Assembly (NCBI GenBank): GCA_910584095.1
Contig: CAJTYU010000014.1
Location: forward strand, 8,710 to 72,709
Direction: 5' to 3'
Length of the DNA stretch: 64,000 nt
DNA from: an uncultured Dorea sp.
GTDB taxonomy: Bacteria > Bacillota > Clostridia > Lachnospirales > Lachnospiraceae
The notes beneath the pieces were generated by a model that did not search any database, was not told the origin of the DNA, and was given only the letters and a program-made list of their open reading frames with translations. The position numbers and the translations under genes were made by a program. How positions within the stretch are numbered: the first letter of the stretch is position 1; the number at the start of each line of letters is the position of its first letter. This document shows positions 61,371 to 64,000 of this stretch, in pieces.

Positions 61371-61781
61371 TTAAAATACAACGGAGCCTTTCTCTGTTCC
61401 GTTAATCACATAATATACCGCATCCTCTTCCGGTTTGATATAAAGATCCATGGTCTTGATGTCCCCAATTTTACCGCCGGACTTAGTCCATGCCTTCTTA
61501 ACGTCAGCAATGATCGTCTTCTCCTCTACCTGTTTCTCGCGGTACTCCACATATGCGTTCACTTTCATTTCTTTCTTTGCGGCAGGCTTCCTTCCTGGCT
61601 TAGAAGCTTTCTTTGCAGCGGGTTTCTTCTCTGCTTTTTTAGCTTCCGCAGTCTCCGTCTTCTTTGCAGCCGCTGTCTTTGCTTTTATATCTGCCGCCTT
61701 CGCATCTGCCTTCTGCGTCTCTGTTACTTTCACTTCCGCAGTCTTTGCAGCCGTCGTCTTTCCTGTTTTCTTTGTTGCCAT
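61371..61781 (-). CDS. Lys/Ala-rich protein with histone H1-like N-terminus and globular C-terminal domain
   Basis: KKPAAKK repeats; LYIKPEEDAVYYVIN C-terminus. Confidence 0.8.
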   Translation of the reverse strand: MATKKTGKTTAAKTAEVKVTETQKADAKAADIKAKTAAAKKTETAEAKKAEKKPAAKKASKPGRKPAAKKEMKVNAYVEYREKQVEEKTIIADVKKAWTKSGGKIGDIKTMDLYIKPEEDAVYYVINGTEKGSVVF

Positions 61782-61932
61782 AATACTTCCTCCTGATAAC
61801 TCGATTCTATATCATTTGTTCTTGTTTACCTAGTATCGGAAATAATTATAGCACATATGTTACATATTTCAATTGTAGTTTATACCGTATTTATAGGCAA
61901 TAATCCCGATTTTTTGTAACTTCTTCCTATAT

Positions 61933-62244
61933 TTAACAGCCGATGAATGCCATTAGTTCCGCTTTCGTCTGTTCGCCGACGGTTCTTGATACTACTTCCC
62001 CATCTTTAAAAAGCACAAAGGTCGGAATAGACATTACCCGGTACTGTCTTGCAGTCTCCATCGCATCGTCAATATCAAGCTTACATACCTTGATATCTGG
62101 AAGCTCTTCTGCAAGCTCCTCCACGATCGGCCCCATCGTCTGGCAGGGTCCGCACCATTTTGCCCAAAAATCTACCAAAACCGGCTTGTCCGCATTCAAA
62201 ACAACCTCTTTAAAATCCTCTGACTTCACATGTATTGCTGCCAT
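61933..62244 (-). CDS. trxA: Thioredoxin
   Basis: DFWAKWCGPC, SIPT. Confidence 0.95.
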   Translation of the reverse strand: MAAIHVKSEDFKEVVLNADKPVLVDFWAKWCGPCQTMGPIVEELAEELPDIKVCKLDIDDAMETARQYRVMSIPTFVLFKDGEVVSRTVGEQTKAELMAFIGC

Positions 62245-62323
62245 AGTTCTCTCCTTTTCTGCCTTGTTTTCAAATTAGTCTGTTTGCTTCCTTCCCATAT
62301 TATACACCATTTGGCGAAAAAAC

Positions 62324-64000
62324 TCACTCTCTTTTTCCAAGCCGTACTTCTTCCATCTGTCTTGCCAGTTCTTCATCCATATGGTCAAACAAATAATTTT
62401 TTCCCCTCTGCCTGTGCCGCTTCCACTCTTCCCTGATCTCACGCTCCGAAAGCCGCACTTCTTCCTCAAATTCTCTTGCGGAAATCAGCCTCGCACCCTG
62501 TCCGGCTGTAATCACCTGCTCTACTCCGTCGGAGGTTGCAACGGTGACGTGATATTTCCGTCCAATCTCATGCACCACCTTCTCGATATACTGGTCGGCA
62601 GTTTCCGCTTCCTTGGTGTATACCACATAGATATTATGATACCGCTGGATTTCCAGCGCCTCTCCCTCTACCTTATAAGCATCGAACACAAGGATCAACG
62701 TACATTTTTTAAATCCTTGATAATTGCTCAGGATATCCATCAGCTTATTTCTCGCGGCTTCAATATGCTCCTCCGCCAGTTCCTTTAATTCTTCCCATGC
62801 AAATATGATATTATATCCGTCCACCAGCAGATATTCCTTCCGGTCTGCCGGTTTCGTCGCCGGCTTTTTCTCACGGGAGGCTTCTATCGTCTGCCGGACC
62901 GGCTGCTTTCTGCGCTCGATCTTTCCATAAGTGCGGATAAATATTTCCTCCAGTTCCTTCTCTTCTGCGTATTCCCGTCCGGCTGCCGCCATGGAAGGCG
63001 CCCGCTTGCCGGACCGGCTGCTTTTTCCCACGTTCCGGAGAGTCTCCTTCTCTTCCTGTTCCCTTCTTTTTTTAAGCTGGCTTTCTATATGCATATACCG
63101 GAACACTTCATTCCAAGGCACATAAAATCCCGCGCCGTGGGCACAGAATATCGAACCCGGCGGATGATCTGTATCGGCCTCCGGATCGTAACCGGCCTCC
63201 TCTATGATTTCCTCCGCCTCCGCGCAAGGCTCATAGCCCTTCAGGGTACAAAGCAGCCGTCCCCTGCCTTTCGTATACGCCGCCACTTCCAGCTGGTAAT
63301 CCCGCATCCCGGACACCGGCGCGCTTCCTTTTATCACCGCAAAATCTCCGTCCGTTTCAGGATTTTCAAATTCCCCATGCATCTTCTGTATATCGTTCAG
63401 GGCGCGCCCGATATTTTCGTCGGGCAGTTCCAGACAGAAAGCATAATAAGGCTCCAAGAGTATGCTCTCCGCCTGCATCAGCCCCTGCCGGAGCGCGCGG
63501 CAGGCTGCCTGACGGAAATCTCCTCCCTCTGTATGCTTTAAATGGGCCCGGCCCGCCGCCAGTATAATCCGCATGTCGGTAACTGCCGAACCGGTCAGAA
63601 CTCCTCTGTGCTCCTTAGCCTGAAGGCTGGACAGTATCAAATGCTGCCAGTTTTTATCCATCGCATCCTCGCTGCACTCGGAGGAAAATACAAGCCCGCT
63701 CCCTGGTTCTCCCGGCTCCAGAATCAGATGCACCTCTGCATAGTGGCGCAGCGGCTCAAAATGCCCCACCCCTTCCGCTTGATTCCGAATGGTCTCTTTG
63801 TACACAATATTTCCCGTATCAAAGGATACCCGGACATGAAATCTCTCTTCTATCAGGCTCTTTAATATCTCTAACTGGATCTCTCCCATCACCTGCACAT
63901 GAATCTCATCCAGTTCCTCATTCCATAGAATACGCAGCATAGGATCTTCCTCTTCCAGCCTGTGCAGATTCAAAAGCATCCTGTGCGCGTCCGTTCCCTC
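62324..64000 (-). CDS. TetM/EF-G-like translational GTPase fused to a YacP/Rae1-type NYN RNase (5' part outside window)
   Basis: EF-G domains III-V (MGEIQLE, HTEGGDFR, LLEPY) followed by LLVDGYNI, VFDA, ETADQYIE, ATSD; frame open to the window edge. Confidence 0.9.
   Translation of the reverse strand, partial: EGTDAHRMLLNLHRLEEEDPMLRILWNEELDEIHVQVMGEIQLEILKSLIEERFHVRVSFDTGNIVYKETIRNQAEGVGHFEPLRHYAEVHLILEPGEPGSGLVFSSECSEDAMDKNWQHLILSSLQAKEHRGVLTGSAVTDMRIILAAGRAHLKHTEGGDFRQAACRALRQGLMQAESILLEPYYAFCLELPDENIGRALNDIQKMHGEFENPETDGDFAVIKGSAPVSGMRDYQLEVAAYTKGRGRLLCTLKGYEPCAEAEEIIEEAGYDPEADTDHPPGSIFCAHGAGFYVPWNEVFRYMHIESQLKKRREQEEKETLRNVGKSSRSGKRAPSMAAAGREYAEEKELEEIFIRTYGKIERRKQPVRQTIEASREKKPATKPADRKEYLLVDGYNIIFAWEELKELAEEHIEAARNKLMDILSNYQGFKKCTLILVFDAYKVEGEALEIQRYHNIYVVYTKEAETADQYIEKVVHEIGRKYHVTVATSDGVEQVITAGQGARLISAREFEEEVRLSEREIREEWKRHRQRGKNYLFDHMDEELARQMEEVRLGKRE

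Noticed and set aside
62324..64000. Tetracycline-resistance gene on a mobile element
   Set aside because: The NYN fusion and housekeeping neighbours (trxA) argue against it; no transposon genes are visible.

Overview
Chromosomal window from a low-GC Gram-positive anaerobe; gene content (spore-coat genes, T-box, [FeFe]-hydrogenases, GH112) points to Clostridia, probably Lachnospiraceae (inference). The backbone holds a two-component pair with comEA, argCJB and argG, T-box-controlled leuS, a sugar-acid modified Entner-Doudoroff operon, an EF-G paralog, tyrA-aroA, a lacto-/galacto-N-biose ABC + GH112 locus, sensory and bifurcating [FeFe]-hydrogenases, trxA and a TetM-like GTPase fused to a YacP/Rae1 NYN nuclease. 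Two accessory islands interrupt it. The first (~30.6-38.7 kb) is an Agr-like cassette: LytTR regulator, GHKL kinase, an unannotated 49-aa lanthipeptide precursor (35041-35190) overlapping the kinase stop, an intact LanM, a decayed tyrosine recombinase and RNase H. It has no exporter, protease or immunity genes and is the best candidate for an undescribed system (a lanthipeptide signal). The second (~50.9-55.2 kb) is a decaying restriction-modification island: HTH gene, split C5-MTase, doubly inactivated endonuclease, second MTase, Vsr and an unannotated PHP-domain stub. Five in-phase 20-bp Rex-like repeats precede the hydrogenase operon. All calls come from reading motifs by eye; no database searches were run.
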